A stretch of 64,000 bases of DNA, taken from contig OZ218962.1 in assembly GCA_965112735.1 (NCBI GenBank), positions 2,480,001 to 2,544,000 of the forward strand, given 5' to 3'. This DNA is from Phaeosaccion multiseriatum. Its lineage: Eukaryota; Protista; Ochrophyta, other classes. A program made the translations under genes and the position numbers. This document shows positions 13,249-25,830 of the stretch, one piece after another. The first letter of the stretch is position 1. Every line of letters starts with the position of its first letter. The notes beneath the pieces were generated by a model. The model searched no databases. It was not told the origin of the DNA and saw nothing but the letters and a program-made list of their open reading frames with translations.

Positions 13249-13824
13249 ATCTCTTCGGTTGGCCGCCTACAAGAGACCCTTTGTAAGCAGAGACGAGGAC
13301 AAGGAAAGAGGAGAACGGAATGCGGCAGAGCAAGGGTGAGAAAAAGATAAAGGGAAGGCTTAGAGGTTCACGGTACACACTTGAAGGGGAACCTGCTTTT
13401 ATCTTGGACTTCTCGCTCGTTTGTGAGGGCAAGGCTTTTTCCTTGTGAGAAAGGACTTTACTTTTCTTGCATTGCTTGAGACAGGGGGGGCTTCTCTCTC
13501 CGAGCGAGCGACACGAAGGCATAAATAAAACACAAACAAACAAAACAAAGCACATAGACGGCATATAGGCTGGTGACCCGAGCAAGGGCCACAGAGAAGA
13601 GTTCTTGTTCAGGACTGACTTCATTTTAGGGTGCATGGGTCGCCGCCGTTGGCTCTCTCAGTCTAACAATTAAATCTCGCTCTACTTACGCAGGGTCTCT
13701 CATTCCAAAACGTCTGCGACCCGCCCTCTCATGGCAGTGGAGGGGCCCTCCACTCCCGTCTCCTGCCCCCTACCCCCCTTATCTTCCGATCAGCCTCTCA
13801 GCTAACCTCCCTGCAAAGTCATCC

Positions 13825-13953
13825 TTGATGGTTTGCTCAGATGCCCTCCTCCTCTCCAATTCTTCCTCAATGCCTTGCTCAGATGCACAGAGCGTACGAC
13901 CAAGCCATCAAGGAAGAATTGGAGAGGAGGAGGGCATCTGAGCAAGCCATCGA
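13825..13953. repeat. Inverted repeat / long hairpin (53-bp arms, 23-nt loop)
   Basis: 13833-13867 is the perfect 35-nt reverse complement of 13911-13945. The arms extend to 13825-13877 and 13901-13953 with about 5 mismatches. Confidence 0.92.
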
Positions 13954-14923
13954 GCAAGAATTGGAGAGGAGGACATTGCTCTGGAGCAGGTAATCGAGGC
14001 TGAGCTTTTCCTTCTCCTCCATCACACCACGAGCGAGGCAAAAGTGCCAGGGGAGACCCACGCAGATTCTCCAATACGCGCAGGCAGCCATCCTCGGCAG
14101 CAAACTGGGCGCGGTACCTAGGCGTATTCTACACCTCAAGGAAAGATGCAAAGTCCCTTCCTTCCTGACCTTTCAAGACGGAACCTAGCCATCCAGGAGT
14201 GGAGAGCGGAGGGGAGGATGGTGGTGGAGGTAGCTCTTTGACGTGCACTCCAGCCTTGCTTCGCCTGGGCATGACTCTGAAGGAGGCCCTGGATGACAAG
14301 CTAAGTGAAACCGCGGGGATGCTGCAACAACCCCGCCGTTTCACTCAGTTTGGCATCCAGGGCCTACTTCAGAGTCGTATGCCCAAGCGAAGACTGGAGT
14401 GCACGTCAAAGAGCTATCTCCACCACCATCCTCCCCTCTGCTCTCCGCTCCTATATGGCCTCCTGCATGGTGCGGGTCTTGCCCAGAACTTGCCGCTCCA
14501 CACCATCAGGACGTGCCTTTTCTTCAGAGTCTTCAGGTCGGCGCTGGCTGTGATTGATGTGGGGCAGCTCCTCCGTGCGTGATACACAACGAACAAAAGC
14601 CCGACGTGGCCGCACGAGAGCTCGCCTTCTTCTACACCAGCCCACGCCATGGCTCGTACCTTCCCACCGGCTTGAAGGAGGATCCGCGCCATCTTTCTAC
14701 ATGTGCAGTACAGAAGACACCACGCCTTTTCGACAGGGGCCGCTCAATACGGCCCGGCCCCTTCCGGGGCCTGCCGTGCCGTACGAAGCCCAGCAGGAAA
14801 GAAAGCCGGAGCGTGGTCTGGGAAGAAGTAGGGCGCATAACACAGGCATATGTCACAGGGTGCACGGGCAGGCACGAAAGATGCGAAGAGAGCGCGATAG
14901 AGACAGTGAACACACAAGACTGA
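13880..14923 (+). pseudogene. Probable decayed coding sequence of unknown family
   Basis: Microsatellite-free, protein-like frames broken by stops and frameshifts. An internal peptide repeat reads ARYLGVFYTS..LPS*PFKTEPSH versus ARELAFFYTS..LPTGLKEDPRH. Confidence 0.4.
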
Positions 14924-15877
14924 CACCCTCAGAGGCAGAGGGAGAAGGAACTAAGAGAGAAATTACACGCGCCCATGAGGGACAAACCTACCCCAAAAAG
15001 ATCATGAAAGAAGCCATCAAACGGCGTGGGGGGGGGGGGGTGGGGCGGGCACAAAGTGGGGATTCATGGCAATGAAGAAGAAGAAGGAGAAGAAGAAGAA
15101 GAAGAAGGGTTCTCACATACCCCAAACCGCGTCTCCACCCCTCCTACACACCCACCACACTGGTGCTCTTACATTGTCACTTCATGGTCCTGGTCGGCGC
15201 TACTGTTGCGGTAGAATGTGGCCGGTCGAGATTATCCCGCCGATGCACGAGCCAGCGCTGGTCCAGAAGGCAAGTCCATGGTACGCGTTGGGTGATCAAG
15301 AGGAACATTTCCCCTAAAGTGCCATCTATGTCCTAAAGTAACGTCTCACCGCCCCGGGGAACTTAGCCCCTCACAGAGAGATCGTATCCTTCCGAGTCCT
15401 TCCCATCGGCATATAAAGTTGATACCAGCCAGGATCCTGTGGCGAATCGACCGTTAGTGTCGGGCCCGCTGGAGCGCTACGGCCAATCGCGCCGGGGAAC
15501 TGGTGAAGACGGTGGTTTTTATATGTTGGTTCTCCATTTTTTACACGTATCGCCCCCCGACGGAAGAGAAATTCTACCCTCGAAGTCTTCGCTTCGCGTC
15601 TCGCGTCTATCTGTCTACCCACCTATCTATCCACCTTCACCTTCCATTGCGATCATATATCAATCGCTGCCTATTTGCTTACCTGCCTGCCTGTCTGCCT
15701 ACCTATCGGCAACCGTTTGCGTGTGCCTTTTGAAGGCAAGTCACGTCACGTGCCGACGTGATTCCCTGCTGTTTACATACTAACATGCTACCCATCTACG
15801 CACCTACCTACCGACTGCTGTGGCTGCCACCATTTCTCCCACCAGCTCGCAATGGTCTCCACATAAAGGACTTCGGG

Positions 15878-17863
15878 TCAGAGAGAGAGGCGATAAAACC
15901 TCTCTCTGATTTGCCATTTGAGACTGCGTCAGTCGGTACCCCGGAGGGTGGCACCCACACAAAACGTATACCCACAACCCCCCACACCCGTACCCACCCT
16001 CCACCTCCACCCCTCCACACACACACAATACACACACACACGCGCGATCTTCCCTCATTGGTTCCTTGCACTCGCCAGCTGGAGAGCTCACGCAGGCAGA
16101 CCGTTGCTGCTGCTGTTCCTGCCGCTGTTCTTGCTGCTGTTTCTGTCCGTGCAGGTAGCAGCAGCACGACCACCACCACCATTCGCATTGGAGGGGCTGT
16201 GCCGTGTCAAGTACTCCACCAGCACGTGAAGATTCCCCTCATCACGCAGCGTCTCCTCCTCGGCGGGGTGAAGGGCCAAATGCCATCCCGTCAGAGAGGG
16301 AATATGGGCCTCCAGAATGGGCGTCAAAAGGGGACCCAATGTCTTGTACGTTATGACCATGTGCGTGACGAGGAAAGCCCGTCTGTTGATTCCAAAGCGA
16401 TCGTCTGCGCCGGTCCAAACGGCGGAAAGCATGTCACCAAGAAAACCTCCTCCTCCTCCTCCTCCTCCTCCTCCTCCTCCTCCTCCTCCTCCTCCTCCTC
16501 CTCCTCCACCACCACCACCACCACCACCACCACCACCACGCCCACCACCATCACCGACTTGTTCAGAGCTCTGCTGTGGTGAACGGCCATCACCGAGCGG
16601 CTTCGGACCTCGTCCTACTCCTCCTGCTGCTATCGCGGCTCCTCCTCCTTTCCCTCTCTTCGCTTCACTGAGCACCCTGCTGTACTCCCACGCCCTCTCT
16701 CTGCTGAGGTCTGCGCGTAAGTTAATGAGCTCCTGCCGCGTCTGTATCGTAGGGGGGTGCCAACAGAAAGGGCACACACGCACACAGACACACATACATC
16801 GCAAAGAGACAGCGCGGCAGCAGAGATTGTCAGCGCGTAAAAAAACAAAGGCCCGCAGTATCAAGGCTGAGTAAGCAGGGGAAACACACGTGCACACACA
16901 CGTACTCTTAAGTACGCCCATACGTACTTGGTCCAGGAGCGCCTCAACGTCGTACATGGCACTGGCGCCAGCGGAGATGCAGTCCTTCATCTCCATGAAA
17001 TCGGAGGTTTCCATGATGACATCTGTTGAGGAGGGGGAAGGAGGAGCGGAATCAGGATGCTTGTAGACTGAGCGCCTGGATACTCTGATTCACACACACA
17101 CACACACACACACATCCACGTACACACAATTGCACGCGTAATAAAGACCCTTCTCCTCCTCGTTGTTGTCGTCCTCATCCCCTCTCCCTGCTTACCCTGA
17201 TGCAGGCGCAGGAAGGCGATGGCGACGCAGGTGAGGGCGATGCTTCCCTCCACCATTGTGACCTCCAGGACGCGAAGGGCCGTGGGGGCCGGGAAGGAGT
17301 TGACGAAGCAGCACAGGAACCAAGGGGTTAAGAACATGTGGAGCGGGAAACCTGCACGAGGAGAGAGAGAGAGAGAGGGAGAGGGAGTGACATACAGAGA
17401 GGGGGAGGGAGAGGAACAAGGAGAGAGGCGAGCGCGTGAGAGACAACCACAGAGCGGAAACTCTTGTAGTCAACGTGGGAGCAGATATTCGCCCCGCAAT
17501 CGCGAGGGAAGTGCGCCCCATCCTGCACACATCACACTTGACGAAGCTTTACTGCACACCCACGCATGCACGCACACACACACACACGCACACGCACACG
17601 CACACACACACGCACCGTATTCTTCAGCCCTTTCATAGATGAGCCTCAGGTGGCGCTGCATGACAGCTTGCGCAGCCACCAAGTCGCTCTTCGCCTTAGC
17701 CATGCAGGGGGGCAGGGAGCGGTAGTAGTCGGCGTTGATCTTCTCGCAAAAGGTCGTGAGCACCCAGAAGGCAGGCTCCTCCGGCAGCAGCTGAGGAGTG
17801 AGTGGGGTGATATGTGGATGGAGTACACCCACGCAAAGGGAGAGAAGTGAGAGAGAGAAAGAG

Positions 17864-17909
<46 letters not shown>

Positions 17910-19937
17910 ACAGAGAAAGGCAGATGAGTCGACGGGTCGAGGGGGCGCGGGTGGTGGAGAGCGAAGAGCGAACAGCGACGCCCACCGTGGCTGGCCCTTA
18001 CACCCCTCACCTCCTTTTCTACAGACACATCTCCACAGATACACGTCCCCTCCTCTCTTCTCACACACGCACGCACCCACGCACTTACGCACTCACCAGC
18101 AGGAGGAAGCCCGCCAGGATGTTGAGGCTCTGGCAGTAGCCGACGGAGGGGTTCCGCAGCGCGTTGGCCCGCAGGACTCGCTGGGTAGAGGCATATGGTG
18201 GAGGCATATACATTCGTCGGGGGTATGGGGGTGGGTATGTGAGGAAAGAAGGGAGAGAGGAAGCGAGGGGGCGAGGGAAAGACCGAGGAAGTGACTAACG
18301 CCAGGAACGGACGGGCATCAGGAAGTGACCGGCCTTACCTTGAGGGACTTCCTCCCCACGTCCGTGTTGATGAAGGTCCTGCTCCCCCCAAACACGCGCC
18401 CCACGTCCACGTCAATGGTGCGGAATTGGTCGTACAGCCATTCGCGCTCCTCTGGAATCAGTCCATCTGTGACAACATCACTCGCCTCGACAGCAGCAGT
18501 AGCAGGAGGAGGAGCCGTCGGGGTGGTCTCTCGCTGCCCTGAGTCGCCGTCAGCGCCCACCTTCACCCACTCGCCATCCTCTCCACTCGACCCGCTCTCC
18601 TCCTCGTGATGCTGCTGCTTCAGCAAGGCTCGCTGCCTCGCCGCTGCCTTCTCCTTGATGGTAATCACTTCCAACGCTTGTCCCACTCGCTCCCCCCTTC
18701 TCACCAACCGCTCATAATACCCCTCGCCTCCTACTCCTCCTCCTCCTCCTTCTCCTCCTCCTCCTCCTTCTCCTCCTTCTCCTCCTCCCCCTCCCTCGTG
18801 CTGCATCCCCTCCAGCACATACCTCAGCTCCTCCACCACTCGGCTGTCCTCAGCGCCGGACACCAACATGTACACCGCCTCTCGGCACTGCACGGGCACC
18901 CCGTCCCACATGGATAGCTTCAAAGCCCTCCTCGCCCCCGCCTGCTCGGACCTCATCTCCTTAAGTAGCATCTTCTCGAAGCGAGCACCCTCCTCCTCCT
19001 CCTGCTCCTCCTCCTCCTCCTCCTCCTTCCCTTCCTCCTTCTCTCCCTCTTCCTCTTCTTCTCCGCCCCCTCCGCCCCTTTCCTCTCCTCTTCCCTTCAG
19101 CCCAGCGCCCGTCCCGGCCTGGGAAAGCCCTGTGCCGCCCCCAACATTGTCCCACACCCGCCTCCTCCCAACCAATGCTGCCGCTGCTCTGGTTGCCTCC
19201 CCGCCCTGCCACTCCTCCTCTCTCCTCCACACAAGCCCCATCGCCCTTCGTGCTTGTCTTATGTGCTCAGCGGGGACCACATGACCCTGAGGGTCGTAAT
19301 AGACTCTGTTCTTGCATTCGGGACCCGTGCCTTGTTGTCCTTTCCTCTCCTCCTTCTCGTCCTCCTCCTCCTCGCCGTCCTCCTCCTGCTGCGCCTTGAC
19401 CACTCCCACGGAAAGACAAAGGTCGATCCCATACCTCCTGGTAACAGTGCTTCCATCCATCCCTGTCACCTTGTGTACCACCTCTCCTCCGCTCCACCGA
19501 TCCAGCTCCACGTCCACTATTGCGCTGCTGCCTCGGCCGCCCCGCTGCAGCTGCTGCTGCTGCTGCTGGTGCTGCTCCTCTCCAGAGGGCTGCCCTTCGG
19601 AGGGGGTCCGCGGGCTCACCCGAAAGGTGTAACGGCCACCGTCCACGGAGCGTTCCGAGGGCTGTGCGGTTGGGAACCCAGCTGCCTTCCACCTCCTACT
19701 ACCAGCCTTACCAGCACTACCAGCAGGGTCGATACCCGCATACCAAGCGGTTGCAGCGTCGTCCTTGTCGCCCTCCTCACTGCTTACCAAGACGGCACGC
19801 TCTGCAGGCTTTTCAGGAGACTGAGGCGGCGACTTGGGGCCTCCTTCTTGAGGCAAGTCCCTCGCTCCACTGCCGGTGCCCTCACCCCCGTTGGTGGTAC
19901 GGCTGCTCACTGCAGTCGTCGCACTCTTGCTACCGTT

Positions 19938-19970
<33 letters not shown>

Positions 19971-21137
19971 GAAGCTCTGGGAGGGACCGTCACACTCCCC
20001 TGGTGGTGCTGGAAGCAAGTTGGCTCTCCCGATCGGCCTGCCCGTACCGTTGTTGCTGCTTGACTTGGTCAGTGGGAACTTGTCCTTCCTCCTGCTGTTG
20101 CTTGTGCCCACATCATTCTCCTTGTTCTTCGTGACGCATTCGACGATGGCTGTTCCTCCTTCTCCTGCCCCGAAGGGTCTCGTGCCCTCCTGTCTCGCCT
20201 CTCCGGCAGAGACAAGAGGAGACGAAGAGGAGGAGGGAGCAGCAGCAGTAGAAGCAGCTACCACCGTCATTGGATAGCTTCCCAGGAGCTCGTGCAGTGA
20301 GATCTCAAAGCGCCCGAACCGCTGCGGACGGAAGTTTGAGTCCATGTCATCCTTACCGTCGGTCTCGCCCTTCGATGGTGGCTGGGATTGGGTCCCCTGC
20401 CCTCCTTTGCCCCCCGCCCAATCTTCTTCCCCATACGGATCCACCCATGGTTTCAGCTTTCGGACCCTGTGCGTTGGGTCTTCGTAGACCTCCACTGTCA
20501 CCACCCGACCTTGCCTTCCGCCTCCTCTCGCCCCTCCTCCTCCTTCTTCTTCTTCTTCTTCTTCTTCTTCTGCTCCTCCTCCTCCTCCTGCTGCTGCTGC
20601 TGCCGATGGCACACCTCCTTCCAAGGAAAGAGCTGACACAGGGACACGCAGAACCCACACACCGGCCACCTTCAGCTTGCACGCCCTCTTACTGGGTGGT
20701 GCGGCTCGCCATTTGCCGTTCAGAGCTGAGTGTTTTTTGAACCGCACAGCCGCCGCTTTCGCTGCCGTCAGGGCCGAGTGCTCTGCCTCAGTGCCACTCT
20801 TGCCATCACCATCTCCATTATCATGGCCGAAGTGCTCCTCTCCCTCAATGCCTGTTCCTTCTGTCTGCCGGCATGTGCCCAGGGTGCAGCAGGACAAGGC
20901 GCAGAGAGGAAAGCACGCGCTGCTGTGGTGCTGGTCACCGTACCGAAGCACGACGTAAGGTCGCTCAGGAAGCGGAGGCACAGAGTCCGAAGGAGAGAAC
21001 AGCCCCACGTGCTTGTTCACTCTGTCTTTCTCCTCGCCCTTTCTGCTCAGCTTGGTAAACTGCAAGTGCTCACGACAGAGCAGGCCTTCCACCTGAATAC
21101 ACACAGGCACCGTTGGCTCCTCCACCGAGTTGGCCAT
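15878..21137 (-). CDS. TBC-domain Rab GTPase-activating protein with a long low-complexity N-terminal region
   Basis: GVPVQCREAVYMLVSG, TIDVDVGRVF (R-finger), RVLRANALRNPSVGYCQSLNILAGFLL (Q-finger), EEPAFWVLTTFCE, FLTPWFLCCFVNSFP. The large first exon runs 21137 to ~18339. A predicted last exon at 15923-15878 reads LKWQIRERFYRLSL*. Confidence 0.9.
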
Positions 21138-21313
21138 GGCTCCTCCACGACACACGTAGTCCGGCACTTAATAAGGTGTCACATCTCCTAGAGAACAGCG
21201 TTCTTGGTGTCGATTGTGCCTCGGCTGGGTACGGCCGGGTACCAACTGAAATTCACACCCCCCTCTTCTCCCCTCCCCCATTTCTTTTCTTCTCTCCCTG
21301 CGGCCTCTGCAGG

Positions 21314-22122
21314 ATGGCCACCGAAGTGGTGCGTTCTTTAGTTGTCAGTGCTCTCTTTTGCCTCTTGCTGCTGTGTGTTGCTGCTTCTCTGTGTCTCTAT
21401 TTCGCTCTCTCGTTCTCTCTCTTTCCCCTCCCCCCCCTCGCTCTCTCACTCTCGCTCTCTCTCTCTCGCTCTTGCTCTCTCTCATCCTCCTTTGAAATCA
21501 TTCAGCACCAGTCGCTGCACAAGCTATGTGAGCGAGTACTACAGCGGTGTACGGACATGCGAGCCATTGTCATCAGCACGGGGGAAGGCGTGCCCATAGT
21601 CAAGGCAGTCGAGGCCGAAATTCTAGAGGAGAACAGCCCTGAGAACGCGGCCATTTTGGCTGAGATTGAGACAGTCATGGCCCACCACTTCTCCTCTGCA
21701 GCTGAACAGGTGGGTACATGCACTGTGTCCAGGAGAAGATGGTGGTGTCTTAATGCTTTCGGACACACCCCGCCTCCTCTCCCCCCTCCAGCTACAGTCC
21801 ACCCTCACCCACCTCACCCACCCACCCCGCACCCCTCCTCTGCCCCTCTCTCCATTACCCTTGCTGTCCTTCTTTCTCGGCGTGCAATTGTGCTGCACTG
21901 CACCAGGCGGGCAAGATCGGTCTCGGCCAACTCAACGCCTGCACCACCTTCCACTCCAACCTCATCCTTGTGCATCTCAACCTGTCCCCCATTGTAGTTA
22001 GCTGCGTTCACTTCGCGACCCCCACCACCAACGTGGGTACCACCTTGGACATCTTGCCAGAGCTGAGAGAGGCGCTGGCTCCGATGCAGCTGCAAGTAGA
22101 GAGGTTCTATGAGGGTTCATAG
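21314..22122 (+). CDS. LAMTOR3: Ragulator subunit LAMTOR3/MP1-like roadblock protein, 3 exons
   Basis: Spliced product MATEV-HQSLHKLCERVLQRCTDMRAIVISTGEGVPIVK...HFSSAAEQ-AGKIGLGQLNACTTFHSNLILVHLNLSPIVV...NVGTTLDILPELREALAPM matches the MP1 pattern (GVP; EQAGKLGLG; N-x-G). Confidence 0.85.
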
Positions 22123-22665
22123 TCAGCGATGTACACACACACACACACACACGTGGTGCTTCGTGTAGTAAGTGGCAGAGCTCTTTGAGAGGAGTGACTG
22201 AGTCGGGGTCTTCGGAAACGAAAGGATAGAGCATTGCTCGCATGTATATATAGAGAGAGAGAGGGAGAGATGGGGCGGGGGGGAGGGAGAGGGAGACAGA
22301 CAGAGAGCGCACGTTGAGACAGGATGACAGCGGGAATGGCGGTGATGATGGGGCGCGAACAGTATGCGTGTGTGCTTGTGTGCGTGTACCTTTGCGTGAG
22401 TTTGATATCAGCGACACAACACCACCAAATTAGGTCGCTTGACGGTGAGTCGACAAAGAGGAGGAGGGGGGGAAGAGAGGGAAGTGCGTGGAGCAGTCCC
22501 CACGCCCGTGACTAGTGTCTGTGGCAATGCGGAGAGCCTACAAGCCGACGTGCTGCTTTGAAGCTCTCTCTCCCTCTGTGTGAGACTCGACTTGACTCAA
22601 TTTGAGAGGGCGTCAGAACAGTGTGTGCGTGTGACAGAGGAGGAAAGAGGAGAATAGAGAGCGAG

Positions 22666-22703
<38 letters not shown>

Positions 22704-23276
22704 CGCTTCAGACTAGCAACTCGACTGGTGAGCGCATCAGGACAGGACCTGATGCTGCAAGAGTGCCGCCCGGCAGAGGCAAGAGAGAAGAGAGAATCAG
22801 TCAGGGCTTGTGCTCCTTTCTGCGGAGCCCCACACCGGAGAGAGGCAGGCAGGGAGGGAGGGAGGGAGGGAGGGAGGGAGGGAGGGAGGGAGGGCATCAA
22901 CGGCGTGCTGCAGAGAGAGAGGCAGGGAGGCAGGCAGGAAGGCAGGCAGGCAGGGGGGAGGCATTGATGCAAGAGAGGCAGGCAGATCGTGAGGCCATTT
23001 TTGGAATTTGGCAAAGCGGTGGAGGCCAATCAGAGGAAACGGACATATGACCTTTTGGAGACAATGGTGCGGTTTGTTGGAACTGTCCTCTCCTGTCCTG
23101 CTTGGGTGCTCTCTTCATTTGGGAGGATGCGGCTTCGCCCACCCTCCGGGGTGAGTGGGGGTGAGTGGGGGGTGGGGGAGGGCATTGGGACAAAGCGCCG
23201 AGATGGAAGTGGAGGGCCCGTGCCCTATCCTACACGCCAAGCACCAATGAAAATACATGGTGCATAAGATCTTACA

Positions 23277-23316
<40 letters not shown>

Positions 23317-23469
23317 TCAAGTATGACACTACGAAGCCAAAGGGTGAACACATACTTACCCCCGCCGTCTCTCTCCATCCACACGCCATTTGAGAACCAT
23401 AGAGGACCATGGCACAGGTCGAATGATAACTTAACACATGTAAGAAGAGAGGGATTTGTGGCCTCCCTC

Positions 23470-23906
23470 CTACTCTGCCGAATCACCAACTGCTGCAGCT
23501 GCTACCGCTGCTGCAAACTTGGCGGTCCTCTCTCTAAAAATGCCCTCCACCGCTTCCCTCATGCCGCCACTCGTCTGCGCAGGGAGGGCAATGAACTGGT
23601 CCTGGTCGGGGTGCAAGGCAACTATCCAACACCCGGTAACCTTCCTGCCGTAGTGCTTGGCCAGTATGTAGCGGTAAATGTGCAGCTGCAGACTACTCGG
23701 TGTCAGACCATTGGTATCGGGTCATTGGCGTCGGGTCATTGGCGTCGGGTCATTGGCGTCGGGTCATTGGCGTTGGGTCGGGTCGGGGGCAGAGTGGTGG
23801 GGGGAGAAGGGAAGGTCAGGCATGCGAAAGAGGGTACCGAGCTGCTGTGGACATAGCCGCGCACGCAGGCACGCAGGCACGCGCGCACGCACACACACAC
23901 AACCAC

Positions 23907-23953
<47 letters not shown>

Positions 23954-25799
23954 CACACACACACACCTCCGCGCCTCCCCCCCCCACACACACACGAAGC
24001 AGCACCTCCCCAAGACACTTGTCTTTTGTTTCTTCAGACTTCAAAAGATCAAAGGAGCCCCCACGAACCCCTTCTGTAACTGTCTGATGACCTGTATCGG
24101 ACGTAGTTGCAGTCGCCCAGAGTCCTTGTGAGCGAATGCGTGCCCGTCTGGTAAGTATTGTCCTAGGAAGGAAGGAAGGAAGGAAGGAAGGAAGGCAGCG
24201 CTAAGGTAAGCACTTCGATCATCAACAACACACCAAGAGCAAGCAACCCCACAGCGTTTCGCTTCGCTTCGCTTCAATTCCCTTCCCTTCCCTTCCCTTG
24301 CCTTGCCTTGCGCGTACCATATTGAGCTGTTTGCTTCTCTTCCAATCACACATGATAAGGTTGCCTTCCGCGTCCTCGTAGAGCATATCAACAGTGCCTG
24401 CCATCCGAGCCTGACAGAGGCAGCGGCAGGGGAGGAGGGGAGGGAGAGGGAGAGGGAGAGGGAGAGGGAGATGGGAGACGGAGAGGGACAGGGAGAGGGA
24501 GAGGGGGAGGTAGAGAGGAGGAGGCAGGGGGGAGGAGGAGGCAGGACAAAATGAGGGGGGGAGCAGTAGCTGAAAGCGATGAGGAATTGGGAGAAGAGAA
24601 AAGAAGAGAAGACAGGAGAGGGGAGACGACAAGGGTAGGAACGCAAAGTGCGTGCGTGCGTGCGTGGGTGGGGGCGTGCGTGCGTGCGTGCGTGTGTGCG
24701 TGCGTGTGTGCGTGCGTACCTCTTCGTCGTACATTCTCCACTCCACCCGAAAGGGCTTTAGATTTCTCTTTCTCACAAAGTCTCGCTCGAAGTTGGCGAA
24801 GAGCTCCAGCTCTTTCCGAAACTGTCCACTACTGTCTACTCCCTCACTACCCTCCAGGTAGTGCTGCTCTGGAGAGGGGAGGAGGAGGAGGAGGAGGAGG
24901 AGGAGGAGGAGGAGGAGAGGGGCCATCGCGCAAGAGGACGGCAGCAGATGGTGGTGGTGGTGGTGGTGGTGGTAGGGGGGGGAGGGGGTGAGTGAGATGG
25001 GGGAGGGTCTCAGAATCGATGATGTGCAGTTGCCTCCTCTCTTGTCTCCATTCGGAAATCTGAGGAAGACTGTGTCTTGTGTTGCAGCAATGATTTGTTG
25101 TTTTGGGTGTGCGATCGTTTCCGCAACGACAGTTGCTGTCAAGCTTCAGGCCGGTGGTGTCAGGCGTTATGTCAAGCAGAAGTGCTTCCCCCCCCTTCCT
25201 CTCAAAAGAACAATCGTACAACACCCCCAATAACAAAGGCTTAATAAACCTTAAACCTATCCTTTAGACCCGCGGCAGGCCAGCGCTATATGATTCTCAC
25301 TCTCGAAACGACTCACCGATTTCTTCATGTAGCCCTGTGCCTAGCGCAGCTGCCTCCTTGCCTTGCGATGCCCACTTCTCTTTGATTTCTTCCTTGCTCA
25401 TTCCGCCGTACTCAGGATGGGGTTTCTCCTGTGGGGACGAGACAAAAAGAAGAGCCAGCAAGGAAGGGAGGGCGGATTGCACAAATCAAGGGCAGTCAAC
25501 GGCAACAATTGTATAAATCAAGGGAAAATAGACAACAGCAGAGCATACCTGCCAGTAATCGTAGTTCTGAGCGATGATGCGGTCGGGGTCAAAGGGCCTA
25601 AAGTACTTGCCGATGACAGTGGTCACAGAGCTGAAGGGAGGGCCCCCTTCGCAGCCCGAGACTGAGTACACGTGTGCCCTTTGGGTTGGAGGGAGGTGAG
25701 TCAGTGTGTTGGTCAGTGGGGTGACAAGGAGGGGGAGGGAGGGAAGGAGAGGGAGAAAGGGGGGGGGGAGGAGGGAGGGGGGGGGTAGTAGTAGTAGTG

Positions 25800-25830
<31 letters not shown>

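Noticed and set aside
15460-15515. GALRPIAPGNW*RR resembling the non-LTR reverse transcriptase RPIA motif
   Set aside because: An isolated short match among stops, with no other RT motifs (QG, YxDD) nearby.
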